A DNA stretch of 64,000 bases from an uncultured delta proteobacterium (GTDB lineage: Bacteria; Myxococcota; Kuafuiibacteriia; Kuafuiibacteriales; Kuafuiibacteriaceae), in NCBI GenBank assembly GCA_963803435.1, contig CAWDML010000001.1, positions 2,144,001 to 2,208,000 on the forward strand, written 5' to 3'. Shown here in pieces: positions 46,845-56,680 of the stretch (position 1 is its first letter; every line of letters begins with the position of its first letter). A program made the translations under genes and the position numbers. The notes under the pieces are model-generated. The model saw only the letters and a program-made list of their open reading frames with translations, searched no databases and had not been told where the DNA came from.

Positions 46845-47333
46845 GTGGTCGACTACCGGCACGCCGTTTATGCAGGCAGCTTCGATCCGGTGACCTTCGG
46901 GCACACCGCCATCATCCAGCGCGCCTGCCGGCTGTATCGCCACGTGACGGTGGCGGTGGGTATCAACCCGAACAAGAAGGGTCTCTTCACCTTCGAGGAG
47001 CGAAAGGCCCTCCTGGAGGCGGCGCTCGCCGACGTCCCGAACGTCAACGTGGAGCGCTTCGAAGGCCTCCTCATCGATTACTGCCGGTCGATCGACGCGG
47101 GTGTGATCGTTCGCGGACTGCGCGTGCTGACCGACTTCGAGTACGAGCTCCAGCTCGGTCTCGCCAACCGCGACCTGGCCCCGGACCTCGAGACCGTCTT
47201 CATGTTCACCGAGAGCGCCCACGTGTACATCTCGAGCTCGCTGGTCAAAGAGATCGCGATGAACGGGGGCGACTTCACGCGGTATGTGCCGGCGCCGGTC
47301 GTGGCGGCGCTGCGAGCCAAGTTCGAGATCTGA
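46845..47333 (+). CDS. coaD: Phosphopantetheine adenylyltransferase
   Basis: YAGSFDPVTFGH, IVRGLR...DFEYE, ISSSLVKEIA. Confidence 0.96.
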   Translation: MVDYRHAVYAGSFDPVTFGHTAIIQRACRLYRHVTVAVGINPNKKGLFTFEERKALLEAALADVPNVNVERFEGLLIDYCRSIDAGVIVRGLRVLTDFEYELQLGLANRDLAPDLETVFMFTESAHVYISSSLVKEIAMNGGDFTRYVPAPVVAALRAKFEI

Positions 47334-47405
47334 CTGGGCTTCCTCCCGCGCTCCACTGTGTTACGATGTGATCGTCATGGACCCAGACACTCAGGAGGCC
47401 GTCGG

Positions 47406-48068
47406 ATGACCCGGCTCGCGACGGTCACGACTGGCCCGCATTCGCCTCCCGTGCCGGGTTCCGTCCTCGATTCCAGCGTGTTGGTCCTGAACCGGCTCTA
47501 CCAGCCGGTGAACATCACAACGGTCCGCCGGGCCTTCACCCTGCTCTACCAGGGGACCGCCAAGGCCATCGATCGAACCTTCCGGACCTTCGACTTCGAG
47601 TCCTGGTCCGCCCTCTCCGCCGAGGTCCACAGCAACGAAGAGGACATCGTGAAGACCGTCTCGCAGGTGATCCGCGTTCCCCGCGTCATCATCCTGCAGG
47701 TGTACGACAGGTTCCCCCATCTGCACGTCCGCTTCTCGCGGCAGAACATCTATCTTCGGGACAAGAACACCTGCCAGTACTGCGGTCAGAGGCTCCCCCG
47801 GAGCGAGCTCAACCTCGATCATGTCATCCCGCGGTCGCGGGGCGGCCGCACCACCTGGGAGAACATCGTCTGCTCCTGCATCAACTGCAACCTGCAGAAG
47901 GGCGGGCGGACGCCGAACGAGGCGGGCATGGGCCTCACGCGGAAGCCGGGCCGCCCTCGCTGGTCGCCGTTCGAGCGCGGCGAAGGCAAGTATACCTACG
48001 AGGACTGGCGTCCGTTCTTGAACCTCGCCGATGCTTCCTACTGGAACACGGAGCTGGAGGAAGAGTAG
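47406..48068 (+). CDS. HNH endonuclease (McrA-like)
   Basis: VLVLN..Y.P, FSRQNIYLRD..TCQYCG, LDHVIPRSRGG..WENIV.SC..CN..KG; AGGAGG SD before ATG 47406. Confidence 0.9.
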   Translation: MTRLATVTTGPHSPPVPGSVLDSSVLVLNRLYQPVNITTVRRAFTLLYQGTAKAIDRTFRTFDFESWSALSAEVHSNEEDIVKTVSQVIRVPRVIILQVYDRFPHLHVRFSRQNIYLRDKNTCQYCGQRLPRSELNLDHVIPRSRGGRTTWENIVCSCINCNLQKGGRTPNEAGMGLTRKPGRPRWSPFERGEGKYTYEDWRPFLNLADASYWNTELEEE

Positions 48069-48080
48069 GCTCGGCCTCGG

Positions 48081-48452
48081 GTGGCGAAGAAGAAGAATAG
48101 ACAAGAGGTCGTGCCCGAGGCGCCCGCACCGGCGCCGGAGCCCCCGCCGGAACCCGCTCCGCCGCCCCAAGCCGAGGACCTCGGGTCCGGCTTCACCGGC
48201 GAGCGCATCAAGAAGACCCGCGAGCAGAAGGGCCTCACGCTCAAGGAGATCTCCGAGAAGACGAAGATCAGCGTGGCGACGCTGCAGGCGCTCGAGGAGG
48301 AGCGCTACGAGGACATGCCGAGCGCCCGCGTGTACGTGCGGGGCTTCGTCCGTTGCCTCGCGGAGGAGATCGGGCTCGACAAGGATCAGGTCGCGCAGAG
48401 CTACCTCCCGCGGTGGGAGCGGTGGTTCACGGACGCCGGCCGGCGGTATTGA
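48081..48452 (+). CDS. Helix-turn-helix protein (RodZ N-terminal/HTH_25-like)
   Basis: IKKTREQKGLTLKEISEKTKIS...LQALEE...P..VYVRGFV. Confidence 0.85.
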   Translation: MAKKKNRQEVVPEAPAPAPEPPPEPAPPPQAEDLGSGFTGERIKKTREQKGLTLKEISEKTKISVATLQALEEERYEDMPSARVYVRGFVRCLAEEIGLDKDQVAQSYLPRWERWFTDAGRRY

Positions 48453-48483
48453 AAAGATCTCGAGATCCTGCACAAATCGGGTC

Positions 48484-48750
48484 ATGGCGCTGATCGACAC
48501 CGACGAGGCAGCCATGCGCCTGGCGCGCGCCATCGCGAGCGACATCTCGCTCTACAACGAGCAGAAGATCATCCAGGGCATCCAGCAAGACAACCTGTTC
48601 GAGTCGTTGAAGGATGAGCTCGACGAAGGCCTTCAACTCTACAAGAGCCGCGTCTCGCCCTCGCTCTTCGAGAAGACGAACTTCTACTACCGCGCGGTGG
48701 TGGACATCATCATGAAGAGCAAGGCGCACATCAAATCGGACATCTGGTGA
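48484..48750 (+). CDS. Small hypothetical protein
   Basis: A.RLARAIASDI.LYN...I..GI..D..F...L..E..EG..LY..RV pattern; overlaps the rluD start. Confidence 0.8.
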   Translation: MALIDTDEAAMRLARAIASDISLYNEQKIIQGIQQDNLFESLKDELDEGLQLYKSRVSPSLFEKTNFYYRAVVDIIMKSKAHIKSDIW

Positions 48751-49667
48751 GCGAGGCGTCGATCGAGCTCGAGATCGACGAACGGCTGGCAGGTGAACGC
48801 CTCGATCGCGCGCTGGCCGCGCTGCTGGACGATCGTTCACGAGCCCTGATCCAGAGACACATCGAAGCCGGCGCGATCACGATCGACGGACTCCCTCCCA
48901 AGCACGGCGCCAAGACCAAGGTCACACTCGGGGCGCACATCCGCTACCAGCCTCCCCCGCCGGAGTCGCTCGCGCTGCTCGCCGAGGACATCCCGCTGTC
49001 CGTCCTGTTCGAGGACGATCACCTGCTCGTGATCGACAAACCCGCCAACCTCGTCGTGCATCCTGCCGCCGGCCATCCCAGCGGGACGCTGGTCAACGCC
49101 GTGCTCCACCATCTGCAAGCTGACTTGCGAGGCGTGAGCGGGTCGGATCGACCGGGGATCGTGCATCGGCTCGATCGGGACACCACCGGCGTCATCCTCG
49201 TCGCCAAGACCGTACGCGCCCAGGAGCTCGCTGCCCGCGCGTTCGCCGAGCGGAGGGTGCAGAAGATCTATCGCGCGATCGTCCACGGTGTCCCCGCTCC
49301 GCGGGAGGGCACCATCGACACCCTCTTCGGCCGACATCCTCGGGACCGAAAGCGCTTCTCCTCGAAGGTCCTCACCGGCAAGCGCGCCGTGACGCACTAC
49401 CGGGTGCTGGAGCCGCTCAGGAGCGCCGCGCTCCTCGAGGTCCGCCTGGAGACGGGACGGACGCATCAGATCCGGGTGCACCTCGCGGATCGGGGCCACC
49501 CTCTGATCGGCGATCCCGTATACGGGCGCAGGCCGCCGGTGCCGTTCGAACGGCCGGCGCTCCACGCGCTGTCGCTCGAGATCGAGCACCCGATCACCGG
49601 CCGCAAGTTGACTTGCGAAGCGCCCATCCCGCAGGACTTTCTCGATCTTCTGGAGGCCCTCCGATGA
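48747..49667 (+). CDS. rluD: RluA-family 23S rRNA pseudouridine synthase with S4 domain
   Basis: RLDRAL, DKPANLVVHP, IVHRLDRDTTG, LETGRTHQIRVH, GDPVYG; followed by pgeF. Confidence 0.9.
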   Translation: MSEASIELEIDERLAGERLDRALAALLDDRSRALIQRHIEAGAITIDGLPPKHGAKTKVTLGAHIRYQPPPPESLALLAEDIPLSVLFEDDHLLVIDKPANLVVHPAAGHPSGTLVNAVLHHLQADLRGVSGSDRPGIVHRLDRDTTGVILVAKTVRAQELAARAFAERRVQKIYRAIVHGVPAPREGTIDTLFGRHPRDRKRFSSKVLTGKRAVTHYRVLEPLRSAALLEVRLETGRTHQIRVHLADRGHPLIGDPVYGRRPPVPFERPALHALSLEIEHPITGRKLTCEAPIPQDFLDLLEALR

Positions 49668-50398
49668 TTCTGACCAGCCCTCTGCTCCAACGCGCCGGCG
49701 TACGCCACGGGTTCTCCACCCGGCTCGGCGGGGTCTCGGGCGGACCGCACGCGACCCTCGACGTCGGTCCGGAGAGCGATCCCGACTGCGGCGAGAACCT
49801 GCTGCGCTTCGCAGCGCTGATCGGTCTCGCGGAGCGGCAGCGGATCGTACGGGTGAACCAGGTCCACGGCGCGCGCGTCGTCGACATCGCGGACGCGGGT
49901 GCCGACGCGGATGCACTGGTCTCGGAGGATCCCCGCGTGGCGGTCGGGGTGCGCACCGCCGACTGTGCACCGATCCTGGTGGCGACCGACAACGGCCGCA
50001 TGGTGGCGGCGATCCACGCCGGGTGGCGGGGAGCCTGCGCCGGGATCGCGCGCGCCGCCGTCGAGGTCATGGAGGCGCGCGGGGCGCGGCGAGCGAGCCT
50101 GTGCTTCGCGATCGGCCCCACCATCAGCGCCGAGGTGTTCGAGGTGGGCCCCGAGGTCATCGAGGCCGCGCGCGCGTCCCTCGATGGTGAGGTCCCACCG
50201 TCACACCTGGGACCTCGCGGCCGGCCACACCTCGATCTGGTCGGTCTGCTCGAGCGGCAGCTGGCGAAGCTCGGCGTTTCGCCGGATCGCATCGAGCGCG
50301 TCGGCGGCTGTACGTTCTCGAACCGCGCGATGTTCTTCTCTCATCGACGTGATCATGGGATCACAGGCAGGCTGATGTCGGCGATCAGCCCGCGATGA
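49664..50398 (+). CDS. pgeF: Peptidoglycan editing factor / purine nucleoside phosphorylase YfiH
   Basis: HGFSTRLGGVS, QVHG, TADCAPIL, IHAGWRG, IGP.I, FFSHRR...GR. Confidence 0.92.
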   Translation: MILTSPLLQRAGVRHGFSTRLGGVSGGPHATLDVGPESDPDCGENLLRFAALIGLAERQRIVRVNQVHGARVVDIADAGADADALVSEDPRVAVGVRTADCAPILVATDNGRMVAAIHAGWRGACAGIARAAVEVMEARGARRASLCFAIGPTISAEVFEVGPEVIEAARASLDGEVPPSHLGPRGRPHLDLVGLLERQLAKLGVSPDRIERVGGCTFSNRAMFFSHRRDHGITGRLMSAISPR

Positions 50399-53300
50399 CG
50401 AAGATACCGCTCACGCTCGATCCCGCCTTCGGAAAGCTCGGCCGCGAGATCGCGCGCTTTGCGAACCACACGCGGAAGCTCCTGGCGGCCAGCGAGAAGT
50501 ACCGGACGAAGCTGGAGGAGGCGTGCGCGTGGAGCGAGGGGGTCGCCAGCCTCGACGTCACGCCTGACAGCCCCGCCACTGCGATGCGCGCCATCGACAA
50601 GTTCGCGCGCTCGCGGCGGGAGAGCCGTACCACGCTGTTCGGCGCGTACTTCGCGCACCACTATCTCCGGATCCAGGCGCAGCTGTCGCAGGACCTCCTG
50701 CGGGAGGCGTTCAACCCCGATCCGGCGCATCGCGTGCTCGTCTGCCATCGCATCTACCGTTCGGCCGACGAGACCCGGCAGGCCTGGGTGTCGGCGCTCC
50801 TCGATCTGACCATCGCCGCCGCCGCGCCCGATCTCGATCGTCATGACTACTGCGCCTTCAACGTCGGAGCGCTGATCGATCACGAGGACGTGGATCTCGC
50901 GATCGTGGTGGCCTCGGTGGAGGCGCGGGAGGCGCTCGCCAAGGGGTTCGCGCTGGTGAGCAAGAGCTTCCTCCGCTACGCCTCGAAGATTCAGCTGTTC
51001 CTCACCGAGCAGTTCTCGACGCCCCGCACCGGCGCGCTGATCGAGGAGTATCAGCAGCTGCTCGATCAGCCGAACCGCAACGTGGTGCAGGTGATGCAGT
51101 TACTCGGCGCCCAGTACCTTTGCGGCGCGAAGCACCTCCAGCGTGCGCTCGAGGAGCGCGTGATCAACTGGTACTACGCGGGCCAGGGCCGGCCCACGGT
51201 ACACGAGGGCTTCCTGCGCTCGGTGATGGCGGAGCTCCGCTACTTCCTGATGCCGAACGCGGTGCCCGGGATCCTCGCGCCCAAGAAGGAGGTCTACGTG
51301 CCGGCGAAGCTGGCGACCGCCGCGGTGCGCGTGATCCATGGGATCAACGAGCCGCGCCCATCCCTCGCCCTCGCGTTGGTCGCCGAGAAGGATCCCGAGT
51401 ACGCCGACACCTATCACACGCTCGCCGACGCCTTCGTCCAGAACGAGATCCTGCGCGCGCTGATGTTCCTCTACGTCGTCCCGACCGACGAGTTCGACCT
51501 GAGCGATCCCACGATCCGCGAGGCGTCGCGGCGGGTCGCCCTCCTGCTCGGCCTCGGCGCCTCGGCGCGCCGCGCCCCCGAGGACCGCCTCATGGGCGCG
51601 TACATGGACACGCGCGCGCGTGCGCTCCGGTGCGTAGCGGCGCTGGCCGGCAAGATCGAGCGGCATCTGGCCCGGGTCTCGACGTTTCGCAACATGGTCG
51701 AGTCCGGCGAGGCGCTGCACGAGTCGTCGGGCAACCTGGCGCGGCGGCTCTTGAAGGCGCTCGAGCGTCACCGCGGGAGCGTGTTCTGGGACGAGGTCGT
51801 CGAGCTGATCAGCTCGCCCTACGAGACCGCGGCCCGCTTCGCCCGTGATCTTCGGCTCCTCGAGGACCGCGAGCGGAGGGACGTCGCCCATCGCTACGTC
51901 GAGATGATGTGCGACGACGCGGCCTCGCTCGTGGAGTTCCTCGTGTTCCTGGCCGCCCAGGACCGCGAGGAGAAGGTCACCGACGACGGGGAGAAGGTCC
52001 CGAACGGGCCGCTCTTCTGGAGCCAGATGATCGGCCACCTGGAGGCGCACGCCCACGCGCTCGACGCGTTCGTGCACCGGCTCGACACCGACACCGAGTC
52101 GGAGGCGCTGTTCCGTCTGGCGAGCGTCTACAAGGCCACCGACCTGGCGCGCCTGGCCGATCTGATCGAGAACGCCGATCCGTCCACCCAGGGCGCCCGG
52201 GTGGTGCGCGCGATCCGGAGCGTGATCGTGCTCGTCCATCACCGCTCGAACGCGATCGGACGCATCACCGTGCGCGTGCTCGGCCGTGCCCCTGAGTTTC
52301 TCCAGCGCCTCGGCGATGCCCGTCGCCTCCGCGACCTCGCCTCCGAGATCCGCGCTCAGGCCGCCAGGGAGCCGAGCCCTCGCGAGCAGATCGAGCTGCT
52401 GGGCGACGCGTTCGACGTCGACGTCCTCCGCACCGCGCTGATCGCGGTCCTCGAGGGTGCGCCGGCGGCCCGCGACTCCGAGTTCACCTCCGCGGTGGAT
52501 CTCTACGTCCGCGAGCTGTTCAAGGCCTGCTTCCGCGACGTTCGCCTCGGCTCCCCCATCTTCTCCCAGTACCGGCCTGGCTCGAACTTCGCGCTTTACG
52601 CCACCGGCGGCTACGGCCGCGGTGAGGCCTTCGGCGGTGACTGGGACTACCTGGCGGTCGTCGGCGAGAACGATCGGAGCATGAAGAAGTTCTTCGGCAA
52701 GGTGCTCCAGCGGGTGGCGAGCGCGATGACCAAGCGGGGCCTGCTGCCGCACAACCGCTTCACCGATCACTTCAACGCTTATGTGGTCAGCATCGCGGAG
52801 CTCCGGCGCTACATCGAGGAACGGACCGGGGAGACGTTCATCGACGAGGCCGAGATCCTCGAGGCCCGCTTCTTCCTCGGCGATCCCGCGGTCGCCCGCC
52901 GCTTCACCCAGGAGATCCGCAACCGCGTCCAGAAGGAGCACGCGCAGGCGTTCCTCCGCGACATCCTGCGCGAGCTCTCGGAGCGCCGCACCGCGCTCCC
53001 GCTCGCGATCAACCTGAAGCTGGCGCCCGGGGGGCTGCGAGAGATCCACTTGCTGTGGCTCGCGATCCGGATCTTCGCCGACCTCCCCGGCCCGCTGGTC
53101 CCCGAGCTGCTCCGTCAGGTCGCCGCCGTGCTGCCGGAGTGCCGGACGGACCTGCGGTTCCTGATGGTCGCGAACGCGGAGCTCAGGCGCGCCCGCGACC
53201 TGTACCGCCTGGTCGTCGCGTTCGACGACACCATGGAGCCCGGGACGCTGGTGGAGCTGGCCCGCGATCTGGCGCCGCTGCGGCAGGCGGGCGTCCGCGA

Positions 53301-53400
53301 GGACTACACCGAGGAGCTCCAGAAGCTGCTGGTGACGTCGGCCCTACGGATCGATCGGGTCGCCGGCTCGATCGCCCGGCGCGCCGAGATCTTGCTCTGA
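50395..53400 (+). CDS. Large GlnE/GlnD-like nucleotidyltransferase-domain protein
   Basis: C-terminal ALYATGGYGRGEAFGGDWDYLAV, EARFFLGD, NLKLAPGGLREI; N-terminal degenerate AFNVG...EDVDLAIVV, LGAQYLCG. Confidence 0.7.
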   Translation: MTKIPLTLDPAFGKLGREIARFANHTRKLLAASEKYRTKLEEACAWSEGVASLDVTPDSPATAMRAIDKFARSRRESRTTLFGAYFAHHYLRIQAQLSQDLLREAFNPDPAHRVLVCHRIYRSADETRQAWVSALLDLTIAAAAPDLDRHDYCAFNVGALIDHEDVDLAIVVASVEAREALAKGFALVSKSFLRYASKIQLFLTEQFSTPRTGALIEEYQQLLDQPNRNVVQVMQLLGAQYLCGAKHLQRALEERVINWYYAGQGRPTVHEGFLRSVMAELRYFLMPNAVPGILAPKKEVYVPAKLATAAVRVIHGINEPRPSLALALVAEKDPEYADTYHTLADAFVQNEILRALMFLYVVPTDEFDLSDPTIREASRRVALLLGLGASARRAPEDRLMGAYMDTRARALRCVAALAGKIERHLARVSTFRNMVESGEALHESSGNLARRLLKALERHRGSVFWDEVVELISSPYETAARFARDLRLLEDRERRDVAHRYVEMMCDDAASLVEFLVFLAAQDREEKVTDDGEKVPNGPLFWSQMIGHLEAHAHALDAFVHRLDTDTESEALFRLASVYKATDLARLADLIENADPSTQGARVVRAIRSVIVLVHHRSNAIGRITVRVLGRAPEFLQRLGDARRLRDLASEIRAQAAREPSPREQIELLGDAFDVDVLRTALIAVLEGAPAARDSEFTSAVDLYVRELFKACFRDVRLGSPIFSQYRPGSNFALYATGGYGRGEAFGGDWDYLAVVGENDRSMKKFFGKVLQRVASAMTKRGLLPHNRFTDHFNAYVVSIAELRRYIEERTGETFIDEAEILEARFFLGDPAVARRFTQEIRNRVQKEHAQAFLRDILRELSERRTALPLAINLKLAPGGLREIHLLWLAIRIFADLPGPLVPELLRQVAAVLPECRTDLRFLMVANAELRRARDLYRLVVAFDDTMEPGTLVELARDLAPLRQAGVREDYTEELQKLLVTSALRIDRVAGSIARRAEILL

Positions 53401-53401
53401 G

Positions 53402-54136
53402 TCAGAAGCGGGCGGCGAGCCCGAAGCTCGGGATCGCGCCGCCTCCGTTGTCGCGAGCCATCCCCAGTGCGGGCACCAGCGCCGGTACGGACGAGAGCGT
53501 GCCCTCCGCCGCCTCCGAGTGGCTGACGAACGCGTCGATACCGAAGAACGTGAGCGAGGCGGCCCCCACGACGCCGGTGGTGGTGATGAGCCCCCCGAAC
53601 GGCTCCGTGTCGCTCGCGCCGAGGATCAAGAGATAGAGGGCCCCCACCAGGCTGACACCGTAGGCGATCCAGCCCACGATCCGCAGGCCCTTGAGGCCGG
53701 TGGCGCCGCCGTGGCGGGCCGATCCGCCGCCCGCGGCGGTGACGGGACCCATGGCCGCCACCAGGACCGTGGCCGCAGCCCCGAGCGGCAGAGACGGGAT
53801 CCGATCCTCCTTGGACAGCTCGGACCCGATGGAGAGCGTGAGGACCAGGGCCGCGCTGACGATCCCGATGACACCGGCGGCCATCGACCAGCCGGTGGCG
53901 TCGTCATCGTACGCCGGCTCGCCGACGTCATGGATGGTCACGGTGACGCCGTCATCCGACTTCTTCTCCGGTGGCGGAGCATCCGGCAGTCGTGTCTTGG
54001 GATCGACGCACTGGCCGTTCACGCAGATCCGATCCCCCTTGCATTCGACGTCGGCCTTGCACTGTGCCCTCGCAAGAAGAGGCGTCGCCCCTACGGCGAA
54101 CGCTGTCGTCACCGCCACGATTCTGTGCCCCAACAT
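53402..54136 (-). CDS. Exported/membrane protein with Cys-rich N-terminal module
   Basis: Signal peptide ending ARA-Q, CKADVECKGDRICVNGQC, several TM helices. Confidence 0.75.
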   Translation of the reverse strand: MLGHRIVAVTTAFAVGATPLLARAQCKADVECKGDRICVNGQCVDPKTRLPDAPPPEKKSDDGVTVTIHDVGEPAYDDDATGWSMAAGVIGIVSAALVLTLSIGSELSKEDRIPSLPLGAAATVLVAAMGPVTAAGGGSARHGGATGLKGLRIVGWIAYGVSLVGALYLLILGASDTEPFGGLITTTGVVGAASLTFFGIDAFVSHSEAAEGTLSSVPALVPALGMARDNGGGAIPSFGLAARF

Positions 54137-54193
54137 GCCGGGCGTATTAGCACACTTGACTCCGGAACCAGACGGCCTCATCGCTCTTTTGCA

Positions 54194-55315
54194 ATGCTCG
54201 ACGATCCCCGGCTGGACTGGGCCCTTCTCGAGAAATATCGCTTTGATCGCGAAAGGTTCGAGGCGGAGGCCGGAGGCATCGCTCGCGGTGCGCTCTCGGC
54301 CGAGCGCGCGACGATCACGGGCGCGATCGAGCCGCTCACCGACGTCGTCACCGTCGACTCCGAGCACGATGAGGCCGCCGCAGCCGCCGGCCGACAGGCG
54401 CTCACGGAGGGGCGCGCCGCGGTGGTGGTGCTCAACGGAGGGATGGCCACGCGCTTCGGCGGCGTGGTCAAGGGCGTCGTCGAGGTCTTCGACGGCAAGA
54501 GCTTCATCGCGCTCAAGGCCGCGGACGCACGCGGGGCGGCGGAGACGTTCGGGCGCTCGGTCCCCTTGGTGCTGATGAACAGCTTCGCCACCGCCGACGC
54601 GACCGCCCGCCACCTGATGGATCACGACAATTTCGGCTTACCGCTCCAGGACGTGCTGTCCTTCGAGCAGTCGATCTCGATCCGCCTGAACCCGGACGGC
54701 TCGCTGTTCATCGGCGATGACGGCCGTCCCAGCTACCATGCCCCCGGCCACGGAGACTTCTTCACGGCGATCCGCAGCTCCGGCGTGCTGGGCGAGCTCA
54801 TGCAACGCGGGATCGACTATCTCCTGTTCTCGAACGTCGACAACCTGGGCGCCACCGTCGATCCCACGATCCTGGGCCACCACGTCCTCTCGCACCGGCC
54901 GATGTCCGTGGAGGTGACGGAGAAGCGCCGAACCGCCTCGGGCGCCTGGGACAAGGGCGGCGCGCCGGCTCGGGTCGACGGCGCGCCGCAGCTGGTGGAA
55001 GGCTTCCGCTTCCCTCACGACTTTCCGCAGGAGGTCTTGCCGGACTTCTCCACCAACAACATGGTGTTCACCGCGCGAGCGATCGACTGCGAGATCCCGC
55101 TCGAGCGACACGTCGTGAAGAAGGAGGTCGACGGCCGCCCGGCCCTCCAGCTCGAGTCGATCGCCTGCGAAGCGAGCACGATCCTTCCGATGTCCGTGCT
55201 GCGTGTCCCGCGCGAGGGCCCATGCGGGCGCTTCTTCCCGGTGAAGGAGCCGATCGATCTGGAAGAGGGTCGCGAGACGCTGAGGGCCCGGATGCGCGCC
55301 GCCGGTGTTACCTGA
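54194..55315 (+). CDS. UDPGP-family nucleotide-sugar pyrophosphorylase (eukaryote-type UTP-glucose-1-P uridylyltransferase fold)
   Basis: LNGGMATRFGG..K, LMNSF.T, PGHGD, SNVDNLGA, DKGG, FFPVK. Confidence 0.85.
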   Translation: MLDDPRLDWALLEKYRFDRERFEAEAGGIARGALSAERATITGAIEPLTDVVTVDSEHDEAAAAAGRQALTEGRAAVVVLNGGMATRFGGVVKGVVEVFDGKSFIALKAADARGAAETFGRSVPLVLMNSFATADATARHLMDHDNFGLPLQDVLSFEQSISIRLNPDGSLFIGDDGRPSYHAPGHGDFFTAIRSSGVLGELMQRGIDYLLFSNVDNLGATVDPTILGHHVLSHRPMSVEVTEKRRTASGAWDKGGAPARVDGAPQLVEGFRFPHDFPQEVLPDFSTNNMVFTARAIDCEIPLERHVVKKEVDGRPALQLESIACEASTILPMSVLRVPREGPCGRFFPVKEPIDLEEGRETLRARMRAAGVT

Positions 55316-56564
55316 CGCCCTGCCAGACGCCTTCCATCGAGGCGGAGATCAGGGCGCGGAAGCGGCCGTCCCGGATCCCCTGCGGCACCGTGAGGAGCTG
55401 CAGCTCATCGGCGATGCGATCGCCGTCGTAGTCCTTGGCGACGCCGACCTGATCATACTCGAAAGCGTCCCAGCTGACCGTCACCAGTCCGACCTGGTCG
55501 ACGATGTCGTCGATCGCGTTGTCGCACTGGTTCCGGATGATCGGCTCGAGGACGAAGTGCGAGATGCCGAGGTTGGTCTCCGCCCAGGCGGCGGCGTCGT
55601 GCGCCAGACCCGAGCAGTTGATGATCCCGGAGAGGAGGTCGTGAAGGTTGTTGTACTGGCCGCCGCTGGCGAACTGGATGACGGCGTCGACGATCAGAGA
55701 GATCAGGTGGCCCATCTCCACCTCGACGTCCCGGTCGTCGAACATCACGCCGCTGCCCGCCTGGATCGCGTCGAGGGTCCCCGCGAACGGACGCACGTCG
55801 ACCCCCACCTCGAACGGTCCCGCCTGGGCCGGCTGCTGGACGGTCGGGATCACGTAGCGCGCACACTGCGGGAAGTTCGGATCCTGACGGCCGAGCGGAC
55901 ACTGGTCGATGATCATCACGGTGATCGAGGACCACAGCTCGGTGGCGTCGAGATCCACGAACGCATCGCTCATCGTGACCGGCGGGTGCTGGACCAACAT
56001 CATCACGCCCTGCGCCTCCATGCTCTCGCTGAAGGTGGCGATGGTGTTGAGAATGCCGATGACCTGGATGATCTGCGGTGGCACGTACATCATCACGAAG
56101 TTCCGGATCCAGTTGTCGAGCGGAGGGAATCCGGTGCTGATGTTGCCGTTGACCGCATTGTTGATCAGGCTGATCTCGTCTGCGATCCCCGAGATCCCGA
56201 ACAGATAATCGCTGGTGTCGAAGACGTAGTGGGTCTGCCACTGGCCCGAGACGTCGAGGAAGTCCGTCGGCGGCGGACCGGTGTCCGGCATGCCGGCGTC
56301 GATCTCGCCGGAGTCGGGGGCGCCGCTGTCCGCCGCCACTCCGCTGTCCGCCTCGACCACCGGCTCGCCCGAATCGGCCTCTCCGACCGGCAGGGTGGCG
56401 TCGGGAAAGAGGACGCCCGAGTCGAGCTTGGTCCCGCCTTCGCCGCACCGAGTCACGTCGATGCAATCGCTCGGATCGAACCCCGAAACAGGGGTCAGGG
56501 GATCGTCTTCGCAGGCGGCCGCAAAGAGTCCAAACGCGACAGCAATGAGGGGCAAGCGACACAT
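55308..56564 (-). CDS. Hypothetical lipoprotein with DSG/DAG low-complexity linker
   Basis: FAAAC lipobox, repeated DSG/DAG tripeptides, Cys-containing C-terminal domain. Confidence 0.78.
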   Translation of the reverse strand: MCRLPLIAVAFGLFAAACEDDPLTPVSGFDPSDCIDVTRCGEGGTKLDSGVLFPDATLPVGEADSGEPVVEADSGVAADSGAPDSGEIDAGMPDTGPPPTDFLDVSGQWQTHYVFDTSDYLFGISGIADEISLINNAVNGNISTGFPPLDNWIRNFVMMYVPPQIIQVIGILNTIATFSESMEAQGVMMLVQHPPVTMSDAFVDLDATELWSSITVMIIDQCPLGRQDPNFPQCARYVIPTVQQPAQAGPFEVGVDVRPFAGTLDAIQAGSGVMFDDRDVEVEMGHLISLIVDAVIQFASGGQYNNLHDLLSGIINCSGLAHDAAAWAETNLGISHFVLEPIIRNQCDNAIDDIVDQVGLVTVSWDAFEYDQVGVAKDYDGDRIADELQLLTVPQGIRDGRFRALISASMEGVWQGVR

Positions 56565-56680
56565 CCCGGATCGAGGGTGAGGCATCACCTCCACAATTGC
56601 CGTACGACGTTTATACTATCCCACCGGTCCAGACTGGCACTTGGGACCCGCTTACGTTGAGTAGCGCTACGCACTTTGGG

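Noticed and set aside
56661-56672. GTAGCGCTACGC, identical to 3795-3806 of the element's right arm
   Set aside because: Only 12 bp, with no full hairpin or hexamer array; too short to call a second copy.
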